DNA of 64,000 nt, taken from positions 238,996 to 302,995 of the forward strand of contig OZ247432.1 in the NCBI GenBank assembly GCA_965232905.1. The letters are read 5' to 3'. Shown here in pieces: positions 31,781-39,811 of the stretch. Made by a program: the position numbers and the translations under genes. Every line of letters begins with the position of its first letter. The first letter of the stretch is position 1. Origin of the DNA: Dehalococcoidia bacterium (lineage in GTDB: Bacteria > Chloroflexota > Dehalococcoidia > Lucifugimonadales > UBA1123). The notes beneath the pieces are model-generated. The model saw only the letters and a program-made list of their open reading frames with translations. It did no database searches and was not told the DNA's origin.

Positions 31781-32008
31781 CTACCCGCCGCTGTACAGCC
31801 GGTTGTTTCGGCCATCGTCGCAGTCCACGTTGGTACAGAACCAGAACACCTTGGGCATTGGCGGAACTCTCACTCCGTCATGCTCTCGCCGCATGTCCTG
31901 CCCGCACTTCGGACAGACTGACATAGTCTCCATGTTTGAATCGGATGCAGTTGTCACTTCCCAACTCCTAACGGTGGAAGAAATGCCTCTGCCGAGAGGT
32001 TGTTTCAA
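31781..32008 (-). CDS. small zinc-ribbon protein (hypothetical)
   Basis: ORF track 75 aa. CPKC..(28 aa)..C..VDC four-Cys arrangement. The true start is possibly at METMSVCPKC. Weak support. Confidence 0.3.
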   Translation of the reverse strand: MKQPLGRGISSTVRSWEVTTASDSNMETMSVCPKCGQDMRREHDGVRVPPMPKVFWFCTNVDCDDGRNNRLYSGG

Positions 32009-32209
32009 TCATATCACGCCTGTACGCATTGGCTGAACGTTTTAACTATGTGTAGGGTTGCGTTCTGACCCTTTATTGGCTATATTGGGCACGCTTGCAG
32101 AAGTCCAATTCTGACTAGCGCGGTTTGTCGTTGGCAAGAGATTCAGCCGCAAATCGCGAGGCCCCGGCCTCCACCATTCCAATGGGATAAACGGAAGGAG
32201 TAAATAACG

Positions 32210-33241
32210 ATGACGACTTCCAACAACCGCATCGGCGAAGTAGTACTCGATGTTCAGGATCTTCGAACGTACTTTGTGACTCGCTGGGGCGTTGTTAAGG
32301 CGGTTGACGGTCTTAGCTTCCAGCTAAGACGGGGCGAGACCCTTGGCATCGTAGGCGAGTCAGGCTCGGGTAAGTCGGTTACCTCGCTGTCCATCATGCG
32401 ACTGGTACCTTCACCTCCAGGCCACATAGTCGGTGGGCGCGTCCTGCTTGAAGGCGAAGATATTCTGACCCTTGATGAGGGTGAGATGGAGAAAGTCCGC
32501 GGCAGCCGCATAGGCATGGTGCTGCAGGACCCCATGACCGCGCTGAATCCGGTCTTCGACATCGAAGACCAGGTTGGCGAGGCTCTGAAGATTCACAAGG
32601 GTCTCGGAGGCGAGGCCCTCAAGGACACCGTCGTTGACATGCTCAGGAAGGTCAGGATCCCGGCCCCCGAAGTCCGGATCAAGGACTATCCCCACCAGCT
32701 ATCTGGCGGTATGCGCCAGCGCGTCGTCGGAGCAATCGGAATATCGTGCGACCCTGTCGTCCTGATTGCCGATGAGCCCACAACGTCGCTGGATGCAACG
32801 ATTCAGGCCCAGTACCTGAGACTGCTGCGTGAGCTCCAGGAGTCCACGGGCGTAGGTATTATATTCATCACACACGACTTCGGAATCGTCGCAAAGATGT
32901 GCGACCGCGTTGCAGTTATGTACGCGGGCAAGATCGTCGAGCAGGGCGATGTCCGGCAGATATTCAACAACCCGTCTCATCCGTACACGGAGGCGCTCAT
33001 CCAGTCCGTCCCGAGGATGGAGGAGACCGAGGAGCGCCTATACTCGATTCCTGGGCAGCCTCCGGCGCTCTGGGATCTCCCGCAGGGATGCTCCTTTGCA
33101 CCAAGATGCCGGTACAGCTTCGATAAATGCCTCGAGGAGTACCCGCCAGATTTCACTGTCGACGAAGGACAGCACGCGGCGTGCTGGATGAGAGAATCTG
33201 AAGGCGCTGCTATCAGCGCTGCCGCCGGCGACGGTGACTAG
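32210..33241 (+). CDS. peptide/nickel-type ABC transporter ATP-binding protein (OppD/DppD-like)
   Basis: ORF track 343 aa. GESGSGKS, LSGGMRQR, LIADEPTTSLD, C-terminal oligopeptide-type extension (HPYTEAL..GCSFAPRC). Confidence 0.85.
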   Translation: MTTSNNRIGEVVLDVQDLRTYFVTRWGVVKAVDGLSFQLRRGETLGIVGESGSGKSVTSLSIMRLVPSPPGHIVGGRVLLEGEDILTLDEGEMEKVRGSRIGMVLQDPMTALNPVFDIEDQVGEALKIHKGLGGEALKDTVVDMLRKVRIPAPEVRIKDYPHQLSGGMRQRVVGAIGISCDPVVLIADEPTTSLDATIQAQYLRLLRELQESTGVGIIFITHDFGIVAKMCDRVAVMYAGKIVEQGDVRQIFNNPSHPYTEALIQSVPRMEETEERLYSIPGQPPALWDLPQGCSFAPRCRYSFDKCLEEYPPDFTVDEGQHAACWMRESEGAAISAAAGDGD

Positions 33242-33268
33242 ATAGCTGTTCTGAGAGGTTATTGACTC

Positions 33269-34252
33269 ATGACTAGCGTAAATGGCTCCAATGGCGCGCT
33301 TCTCGAGGTTAGAGGTCTTAAGAAGCACTTTGCTGTAGGATCAGGGTTCCTTGGCCGAAACAAAGCGATGCTGAAGGCTGTGGACGGTATCAACTTCCAA
33401 ATTGAACCGGGCAAGACGTACGGACTCGTGGGCGAGTCCGGTTGCGGGAAGTCCACAACCGCGAAGTTGATCCTGCAGCTCGAAGAACCCACTGACGGTT
33501 CGTTTTTCTTTGAGGGGTTGGATGGAACCGCTCTGGACAGAGAAAACACAAGGTACTACAAGTCCAGCGTACAAGCTGTGTTCCAGGACCCCTGGGCGTC
33601 GCTCAACCCAAGAATGCGCGTCGGCAGCATCATCGGGGAGCCGCTCGAGGTCAACAGCACGATGACCAAGACCGAGATCAGGAACAGGGTAGGAGACCTA
33701 CTCGAAGAGGTCGGTCTGCAGCAGTACCAGGCCAATCTGTTCCCGCATGAGTTCTCCGGTGGTCAGCGGCAGCGCATAGGGGTCGCCAGGGCCCTCGCGC
33801 TTAATCCCAAGCTCATCATTCTGGACGAGCCCGTATCGGCGCTGGACGTTTCGATTCGCGCTCAGATCATGAACCTGCTCGAGGACCTGCAGGATGAGCA
33901 CAACCTGACCTACCTTCTTATCGCTCACCACCTGGCCACTGTGCGCTACATGTGTGACAAGGTCGGTGTTATGTACCTTGGCAGAATCGTTGAAGAGGCC
34001 GAAACTGAGGAGCTCTTCGACAATCCGCTTCACCCGTACACACGGGCGCTGATGTCGGCGGCGCTGCCGTCGCACCCGGACATCGAACGAGAGGAGATCA
34101 TCCTCACGGGCGAGGTTCCTTCACCAGTGAATCCGCCCCCAGGATGTCACTTCCACCCTCGCTGCCCGTCCGGGTTTGAGCCATGCGCTGAGACTCCTCC
34201 TGTCGAGACTCACCCGGTTGCCGATCACAGGGTGGTGTGCCACCTCTACTAG
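33269..34252 (+). CDS. peptide/nickel-type ABC transporter ATP-binding protein (OppF/DppF-like)
   Basis: ORF track 327 aa. GESGCGKST, FSGGQRQR, IILDEPVSALD, HPYTRAL..GCHFHPRC. Confidence 0.85.
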   Translation: MTSVNGSNGALLEVRGLKKHFAVGSGFLGRNKAMLKAVDGINFQIEPGKTYGLVGESGCGKSTTAKLILQLEEPTDGSFFFEGLDGTALDRENTRYYKSSVQAVFQDPWASLNPRMRVGSIIGEPLEVNSTMTKTEIRNRVGDLLEEVGLQQYQANLFPHEFSGGQRQRIGVARALALNPKLIILDEPVSALDVSIRAQIMNLLEDLQDEHNLTYLLIAHHLATVRYMCDKVGVMYLGRIVEEAETEELFDNPLHPYTRALMSAALPSHPDIEREEIILTGEVPSPVNPPPGCHFHPRCPSGFEPCAETPPVETHPVADHRVVCHLY

Positions 34253-34279
34253 TCAGCGAAAAACACAAGCTAAGCTCAT

Positions 34280-34317
34280 GGGCGTGCCTCACAAAACGTG
34301 GCACGCCCTTTTCTTTT
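34280..34317 (+). terminator. rho-independent terminator after the two ABC ATPase genes
   Basis: Perfect 9-bp stem GGGCGTGCC (34280-34288) / GGCACGCCC (34300-34308), 11-nt loop, then TTTTCTTTT (34309-34317). Confidence 0.7.
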
Positions 34318-34405
34318 AGCTGTATTCTGGAGAGGCAATTAGGCGCTGACCTGAATTCAGGCAGCGAGTCGGATGGGTGGCCATCGGCAGGAGTACCACT
34401 AGCAA

Positions 34406-36433
34406 ATGAAGTTGACCACTATTTCACTGTTGGCACTACTGGCGCTATTCGTCGGGGCGTGTGGGTCTGAGCCTGCACCCCAGATCGAACCTGCACCGAC
34501 GACTGCTCCACCAACGTCAACTCCTGTTCAGGAGGAGCCGACACCGGCTCCAACGGTCACTCCGATATCTGCTGGCCCCACGCCGACGCCTCTGCCGGTG
34601 GGCAGTACACAGATCCAGGCGGCAGGAGCTGCCCAGTCCCCTGTGGGAGGTCCGACGGACCCTCCGTTCCCCAGTGGGCTTGTCGAGGTCCCGACTATTC
34701 ACACCTTCAGGGTCGGGAGCTCCCCGACGGGGATAATGTTCGATGGCGAGTCGGTCTGGATAGCCAATCAGGCCGACGACACGATTCAGCGACTTGAGCC
34801 AGATGGAAGTGAAGGACTGGTCGTATCGCTTCCCGACTTCTACCCGCGCGCTCTCGCCTATGACGGCGATACGATGTGGCTCGCGACGTTCTTTGGAATC
34901 CGGGTGCTCAGCCCCGAATATCAGATAGTCGGCAGCTTCCGACCGGGCAGGCGGCCCGCAGCTTTGACGTATGCTGGCGGGTACATATTCGCCTCCAACA
35001 ACGACGACGGCACAATCACGACCATCGCCTTGCCCGAGAAGATCAGGGAGCTGGGCGGGGAACTCCCGGCGGCAGTACCCCCGGACCAGACGGCCCCAAT
35101 GCCTGTAGGGAACTACCAGGTCGGCAGCAACCCCATCGCGATGGAGTGGGACGGTTCCAGCCTATGGGTCGCCAACTACTACGACAATAACGTCATGAAG
35201 CTCAGGCCATCTGACGGGACGGTCCTGGCGACCGTAGACGTTGGTGACGGTCCCAGGGGCATGGCATTCGATGGCGATCACATGTGGGTCGTAAATGCCC
35301 TGGATGGGACAGTAACCAAGATGTCGCTTGAGGGTGGCGTCGCAGGTGTCTTCGACGTCGGAGCGTTGCCAAGCGACGTAGAGTTCGATGGCGAGGCAAT
35401 ATGGGTCTCCAACCGTCAGAGCGAGACAGTCAACAGGATGGGACTGAATGGCGAGAACCTCGGTACCTTCCACCTGGGGCGTGCACCAGGAGACATGGTC
35501 TACGACGGTGAGGCGCTGTGGGTGTTGCACCAGGGCTCTGACGCCGTCTCCCGGCTCACCATGGAAGGCGTAACGGCTGAGCACTTCGACGTCGGCGACG
35601 CTCCCGTTGCCATCGTGTTCGATGGCGAGTCGATGTGGATTGCCAACGCGCTTGACGGAACTGTGACGCAGCTCGACCTGGACGGCGAGGTCGTCCACGA
35701 GACAGAGGTAGGTAGCGAGCCAAACGCTATAGCCTTCGATGGTGAGTCTGTCTGGACCGCCAACATGACTGAGACGACTGCATCCAGGGTGGGGAGCTCT
35801 GGCGAAGAAGACATGAACGTCGAGATCGGGATAGCGCCTCGTGCAGCGACCTTCGATGGGGAGCGAGTCTGGATCGCCTCGTACGTCCAGGACACACTGA
35901 CGGTCATTGAGCCGGACGGGTCGGTCTACGGTGTCTTCCCCGCCGGCCGGGCTCCCAGCGACCTTGTGCTGGCCGATGGCTACGTCTGGGTGGCCAACGC
36001 CCGCAACGACACGGTCACCAAGATCGACATTGAGACTGGAGACACCGTGGGGGTCTTCGAGGCTGGCGACACGCCCATGGCGCTCACCTTCGACGGCGAC
36101 CACGTATGGGCGGCCAACTGGCGTGAGGGAACGATCAGCAAGCTTTCCCAGGACACAGGGGAGGTCGCGCGATTCAGCGCCGGACCGCTGCCTTACGACA
36201 TCGTCAGAGACGCCCTTGGCCCGCTTGTTTACGGCCTGGAGTTCGATGGCTCCCATGTGTGGACTGCCAATAGCGCCGACGGGACCGTGTCAAGGATGAA
36301 CCTGGATGGCGACGTCATCGCAACCTATCCGGTTGGAGCCGGCTCCGGCAGGTTGGCATTCGATGGGACCAGCATCTGGGTGACAAATACTTCAGACGAT
36401 ACCGTTACCAAGTTGACCCTACCGGGACAGTGA
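34406..36433 (+). CDS. lipoprotein with 14 YVTN/NHL-like beta-propeller repeats
   Basis: ORF track 675 aa. Signal and lipobox LFVGAC. Pro/Thr linker. Fourteen modules of about 40 aa of the form P.A(I/L).FDG..(I/M/V)W(V/I)AN...(D/G)TV(T/S).(L/M)...G (hand count). Confidence 0.7.
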   Translation: MKLTTISLLALLALFVGACGSEPAPQIEPAPTTAPPTSTPVQEEPTPAPTVTPISAGPTPTPLPVGSTQIQAAGAAQSPVGGPTDPPFPSGLVEVPTIHTFRVGSSPTGIMFDGESVWIANQADDTIQRLEPDGSEGLVVSLPDFYPRALAYDGDTMWLATFFGIRVLSPEYQIVGSFRPGRRPAALTYAGGYIFASNNDDGTITTIALPEKIRELGGELPAAVPPDQTAPMPVGNYQVGSNPIAMEWDGSSLWVANYYDNNVMKLRPSDGTVLATVDVGDGPRGMAFDGDHMWVVNALDGTVTKMSLEGGVAGVFDVGALPSDVEFDGEAIWVSNRQSETVNRMGLNGENLGTFHLGRAPGDMVYDGEALWVLHQGSDAVSRLTMEGVTAEHFDVGDAPVAIVFDGESMWIANALDGTVTQLDLDGEVVHETEVGSEPNAIAFDGESVWTANMTETTASRVGSSGEEDMNVEIGIAPRAATFDGERVWIASYVQDTLTVIEPDGSVYGVFPAGRAPSDLVLADGYVWVANARNDTVTKIDIETGDTVGVFEAGDTPMALTFDGDHVWAANWREGTISKLSQDTGEVARFSAGPLPYDIVRDALGPLVYGLEFDGSHVWTANSADGTVSRMNLDGDVIATYPVGAGSGRLAFDGTSIWVTNTSDDTVTKLTLPGQ

Positions 36434-36482
36434 TAGCTAACCCTTCTGCTTTCGCAAGCAGGGGCCCATCATCCCAACTAGT

Positions 36483-37028
36483 CTAGGCTGACTCGTTGAC
36501 CGTAAAGGTCCCGACCTTGGTGCCGTCACAAAGCATGTCGAAAGATCCGGTGTTGGCAGCGTTGAAGTCGTAGCTCTTGCGCGCACCGGATTCCAGCTCG
36601 ATGTCGAACGCAGTCTTGCCAGTCCCAAAAGCTCCACCTGATGCGGTCATTTCCAGCCCCTCGATATTGAACTGGAGCTGTTGCTTTTCACCCGTGACTA
36701 CGAGTGACCCTGTTGTTCCCTGCGCGATCTCAGTCGGAAGCTGAATCGCCAATCTGACGCGGTTACCCATCTGGACTGTGACCTCACTGGGATCTATAGA
36801 GCAGTCCCCGCCCTCTTCTCTGGTAACTTCTATCCTGAACTGCTCGAACGCTGTGACTGGCGTTCGGTGGAACTCGAGAGTCTCGCTATCCCCCTGTCGT
36901 GCTGGTCGGCGGTCTCCAGACTCGACTCCACAGGCGAGGGACGCCAATGCGAGTAGCGCAACGAGGGCGGCCAGGTAGGAGAGTGAACGCATTGCGAGCT
37001 TCCTGTTCAGCTTATTGTGTCCAATCAT
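36483..37028 (-). CDS. hypothetical lipoprotein (beta-rich)
   Basis: ORF track 181 aa. Signal and lipobox LASLAC. No diagnostic motif. Confidence 0.5.
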   Translation of the reverse strand: MIGHNKLNRKLAMRSLSYLAALVALLALASLACGVESGDRRPARQGDSETLEFHRTPVTAFEQFRIEVTREEGGDCSIDPSEVTVQMGNRVRLAIQLPTEIAQGTTGSLVVTGEKQQLQFNIEGLEMTASGGAFGTGKTAFDIELESGARKSYDFNAANTGSFDMLCDGTKVGTFTVNESA

Positions 37029-37097
37029 CGTCTATCCTCGTGTACGAGATGTCTGGTCTGTTGGTTGTCATCTATTCTACGTGATTGGAACAGAATA

Positions 37098-37123
37098 GGG
37101 GCAGGTCGACAGAGACCTGCCCC
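37098..37123 (-). terminator. stem-loop downstream of the permease gene (probable terminator of the minus-strand ABC block)
   Basis: Perfect 10-bp stem GGGGCAGGTC (37098-37107) / GACCTGCCCC (37114-37123), 6-nt loop. On the minus strand it is followed by TATTCTGTT, a weak U tract. Confidence 0.45.
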
Positions 37124-37153
37124 TTCCAGAGTGCTCTAGTTTGTTCTCGAAAC

Positions 37154-38596
37154 TTAGTCGAGCTGCCTCAGCCTGGGGTCGAGCCTGTCCCTGAGCCAGT
37201 CCCCGAAGAAGTTCAGCGACATGACCAGGAGGAAGATGCACAGGCCTGGGAAGAACGAGATCCACCAAGCATCGTTAATGTAAAGGCGGCCGTCGCTCAC
37301 CATTGCGCCCCATGCTGGTGTCGGGGGTGGGATCCCGGCTCCGAGGAAGCTTAGAATCGACTCGGTCAGGATGACCTGGCCGACCCTGAGGGTGGCAAGA
37401 ACGATGATCGTGTTTACGACACCGGGCAGTATGTGCCAGATTATCATTCTAAAGGTCGATGCTCCAGCAACCCTGGCGAGGGATACATAGTCCCTCTCCT
37501 TGATTGTCAGCACCTCACCTCTGACGTTTCTTACAAATGTTGCCCAGACGGTCAGCGCCAGAAGCATGAGCAGGATGACGAAGGTCTGACCGACTGCAAT
37601 GACCACAACGATGGCGAGTAGTATGAAGGGTATGCCCAACCAGATATCGGTGACCCTCATAATTACCTCATCGATGAAGCCACCGAAGTAGCCGGCGATG
37701 AGGCCCATGGCTACTCCCACCAGCAGTCCGCTCAAGAGCGCGATCATCGATACAGTCAGTGTAACGCGGGCGCCATGTATCACGCGGCTAAGCAGGTCCC
37801 TGCCAATGTGATCGCCCCCAAGGGGATGCGACCATGTCGGAATATGTACCTTGGCAATTATGTTGGCCTGTTCCGCGAAGGCTTCCTCGATGTAGACCTG
37901 GTTGCTGAGCTGATCTTCCGGTATGGTCACCCCATACCGCTCCGCAGCTTCGGCGACGCCTGTGCGGACAGGAACGGCGACTGTGTCTGTGACCTGGACT
38001 TCCAGGCCGGCGTAGGCTTCAAACGAGCTCTTGACTACTTCGCCACCGTAAAGAGGGTCGATCAGCTGTTCGACAGCTATCTCGAAGTCGTACTGCCTCG
38101 CAGCGTCGAAGACATTCAGATTGACGGGTTCCCATGGAGCGTCGTCTTCAGAGTCGATAGGTCTCACACCTTCGACTATCGGCACTACTAGGACCCTGAT
38201 CTTTTCCAGGTCTGTTTGATCCTGGAACGCTGCCCGGACCTCGCTGGGGCTGTTCAGCTTTTCTGCAGGGATGTCAACGCCATACTCAGTGATGGCCTCT
38301 CCTACATCCATCTGCCTCTGTTCACCGTCCACAGCGAACACCACCTTTGGCAGGTCCAGGGCGGAAATGACTATTGGTTGATACCAGGCAGGTGGGAGTC
38401 TGACGTTGTCTGAGACGGTGAATCTTTCGCTGTGTGGCGCGACCACATCGGCGAATATTGCGAGTAGTATGAACATGGCGAGAATGCCCATGGGAACTAC
38501 AGGCCACCGCCTGATGAAATGCCAGACCCGGCCAGCGCTCGACCGGGACGAGCCGATCTGTTGCGCCAGGTCGGCCGAGAGGTCTGCTTGTGCCAT
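37154..38596 (-). CDS. peptide-type ABC transporter permease (OppC/DppC-like) with a ~190-aa extracytoplasmic insertion
   Basis: ORF track 480 aa. TM1 is followed by an insertion between PPAWYQP and HPLGGDHIGRDLLSRVIHGARV. After that comes a normal BPD-transporter core (EAA-like SLARVAGAS..I..HILP). Confidence 0.8.
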   Translation of the reverse strand: MAQADLSADLAQQIGSSRSSAGRVWHFIRRWPVVPMGILAMFILLAIFADVVAPHSERFTVSDNVRLPPAWYQPIVISALDLPKVVFAVDGEQRQMDVGEAITEYGVDIPAEKLNSPSEVRAAFQDQTDLEKIRVLVVPIVEGVRPIDSEDDAPWEPVNLNVFDAARQYDFEIAVEQLIDPLYGGEVVKSSFEAYAGLEVQVTDTVAVPVRTGVAEAAERYGVTIPEDQLSNQVYIEEAFAEQANIIAKVHIPTWSHPLGGDHIGRDLLSRVIHGARVTLTVSMIALLSGLLVGVAMGLIAGYFGGFIDEVIMRVTDIWLGIPFILLAIVVVIAVGQTFVILLMLLALTVWATFVRNVRGEVLTIKERDYVSLARVAGASTFRMIIWHILPGVVNTIIVLATLRVGQVILTESILSFLGAGIPPPTPAWGAMVSDGRLYINDAWWISFFPGLCIFLLVMSLNFFGDWLRDRLDPRLRQLD

Positions 38597-38619
38597 AAAC
38601 GAGTGCTCCCCTATTGCCC

Positions 38620-39558
38620 CTAAGAGTACCGAATTCTCGGGTCTATGTACGCGTACAGAAGGTCAGTCAGGAAGTTGGCGATAACGAACATTCCGGTGAC
38701 AACCATAACGACCGCCACAATGATGGGAAAGTCGTTGTTGTTGATCGACTCGAATGCCAGCCTGCCAAGTCCGGGAACCGCAAAGATGGTCTCCACAACG
38801 ATTGCGCCGTTGATGAAGCCGATCAGCAGCAGCGTTGCGAAGGTGAGCGGCGCGATGAGCGCATTTCTGAAGCCATGCTTCCAAATGACTGCATTGTTCG
38901 AGGCGCCCTTGGCCCGGGCCAGCTTCACGAACTCGGAGTCGAGAACTTCCAGCATGGAACTCCTTACCAGGCGCAAGTAAGTGGCGGCCGCCTGCCATCC
39001 TAGTGCGATCACAGGCAGCACAAAGTACCTGACGTCAAAAAAGCCTTCGCCTATCGTTCCCGTCGGGAACCATCGGAACTGTACGGAAAATACCAGGATC
39101 AGCATGATGGCGAGCCAGAATACGGGCATGCCCTGTCCGAACAGGGCGAAACCTCTAGCGAGGTAGTCCCCAATCCCTCCTCGCTTGACGGCGGAGAGCA
39201 CTCCGAGAGGAATGCCAATTAGAGTTGCGAATAGGAAGGATGAGAACCCCAGCTTTATTGTCGCTGGGAACCGGTCCATGATTTTGGTGAAAACAGACTT
39301 ACGGTCCAGGAGGCTTTCCTGCCAGTTGCCGCGAACGATGTCACCCAGCCAGAAGAGGTACTGGACGACGATCGGCTTATCGAGATGGAATTGCCTTCCC
39401 AGCTCCTCCCACGTTTCCGGGCTGATCCCGTATCCGCCTTCCTGCGCATACAGGTATCTTGGGTCGCCCGCTGCCCTGGACAGGGCAAAGGTAATGAGGG
39501 TAGCACCAATTACTGCGAGTATGGCGAAGAAGAACCTTCTAATCAGGAACTGTCGCAT
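38620..39558 (-). CDS. peptide-type ABC transporter permease (OppB/DppB-like)
   Basis: ORF track 312 aa. MRQFLIRRFFFAILAVIGATLITF start, YLRLVRSSMLEVLDSEFVKLARAKG EAA loop. Confidence 0.85.
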   Translation of the reverse strand: MRQFLIRRFFFAILAVIGATLITFALSRAAGDPRYLYAQEGGYGISPETWEELGRQFHLDKPIVVQYLFWLGDIVRGNWQESLLDRKSVFTKIMDRFPATIKLGFSSFLFATLIGIPLGVLSAVKRGGIGDYLARGFALFGQGMPVFWLAIMLILVFSVQFRWFPTGTIGEGFFDVRYFVLPVIALGWQAAATYLRLVRSSMLEVLDSEFVKLARAKGASNNAVIWKHGFRNALIAPLTFATLLLIGFINGAIVVETIFAVPGLGRLAFESINNNDFPIIVAVVMVVTGMFVIANFLTDLLYAYIDPRIRYS

Positions 39559-39726
39559 GGATCAACACCTCTCCGTACCTGTCGGAGCCCCCAAATTTTT
39601 GTCAGTTTGTAGTGATTATGGGAAATGTTCGTGTGTACACTGCCCCAGAATCTACTACACAGTTTAGCGTTGCGCAATGGGACAGGAATAAGCAACGCTT
39701 AGTTGCATAAGTAGGGGAAGAGAAGC

Positions 39727-39770
39727 GCGCCCCCTGCCGGGAGAGGTCATCCTCTCGCAACAGGGGGCGC
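39727..39770 (-). terminator. nested stem-loop in the 253-nt gap between the binding-protein and permease genes (attenuator/terminator or mRNA-stabilising element)
   Basis: Outer perfect 10-bp stem GCGCCCCCTG / CAGGGGGCGC enclosing an inner 6-bp stem GAGAGG-TCAT-CCTCTC. Pyrimidine-rich runs flank it on both strands (AGCTTTTGC on +, GCTTCTCTTCC on -). Confidence 0.45.
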
Positions 39771-39811
39771 AGCTTTTGCTAGTCAATCACCATTTGAGGT
39801 GTGAGTTCGCG

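Noticed and set aside
35162-36256. 364-aa minus-strand ORF
   Set aside because: It is antisense to the 14-blade propeller gene, whose repeat structure and lipoprotein signal are far more convincing. Its Arg/Val/Asp-rich composition is typical of an antisense frame.
36443-36464. Stem-loop between the convergent propeller and lipoprotein genes as a bidirectional terminator
   Set aside because: The stem needs two G-U pairs and no U tract follows on either strand. This is too weak to call.
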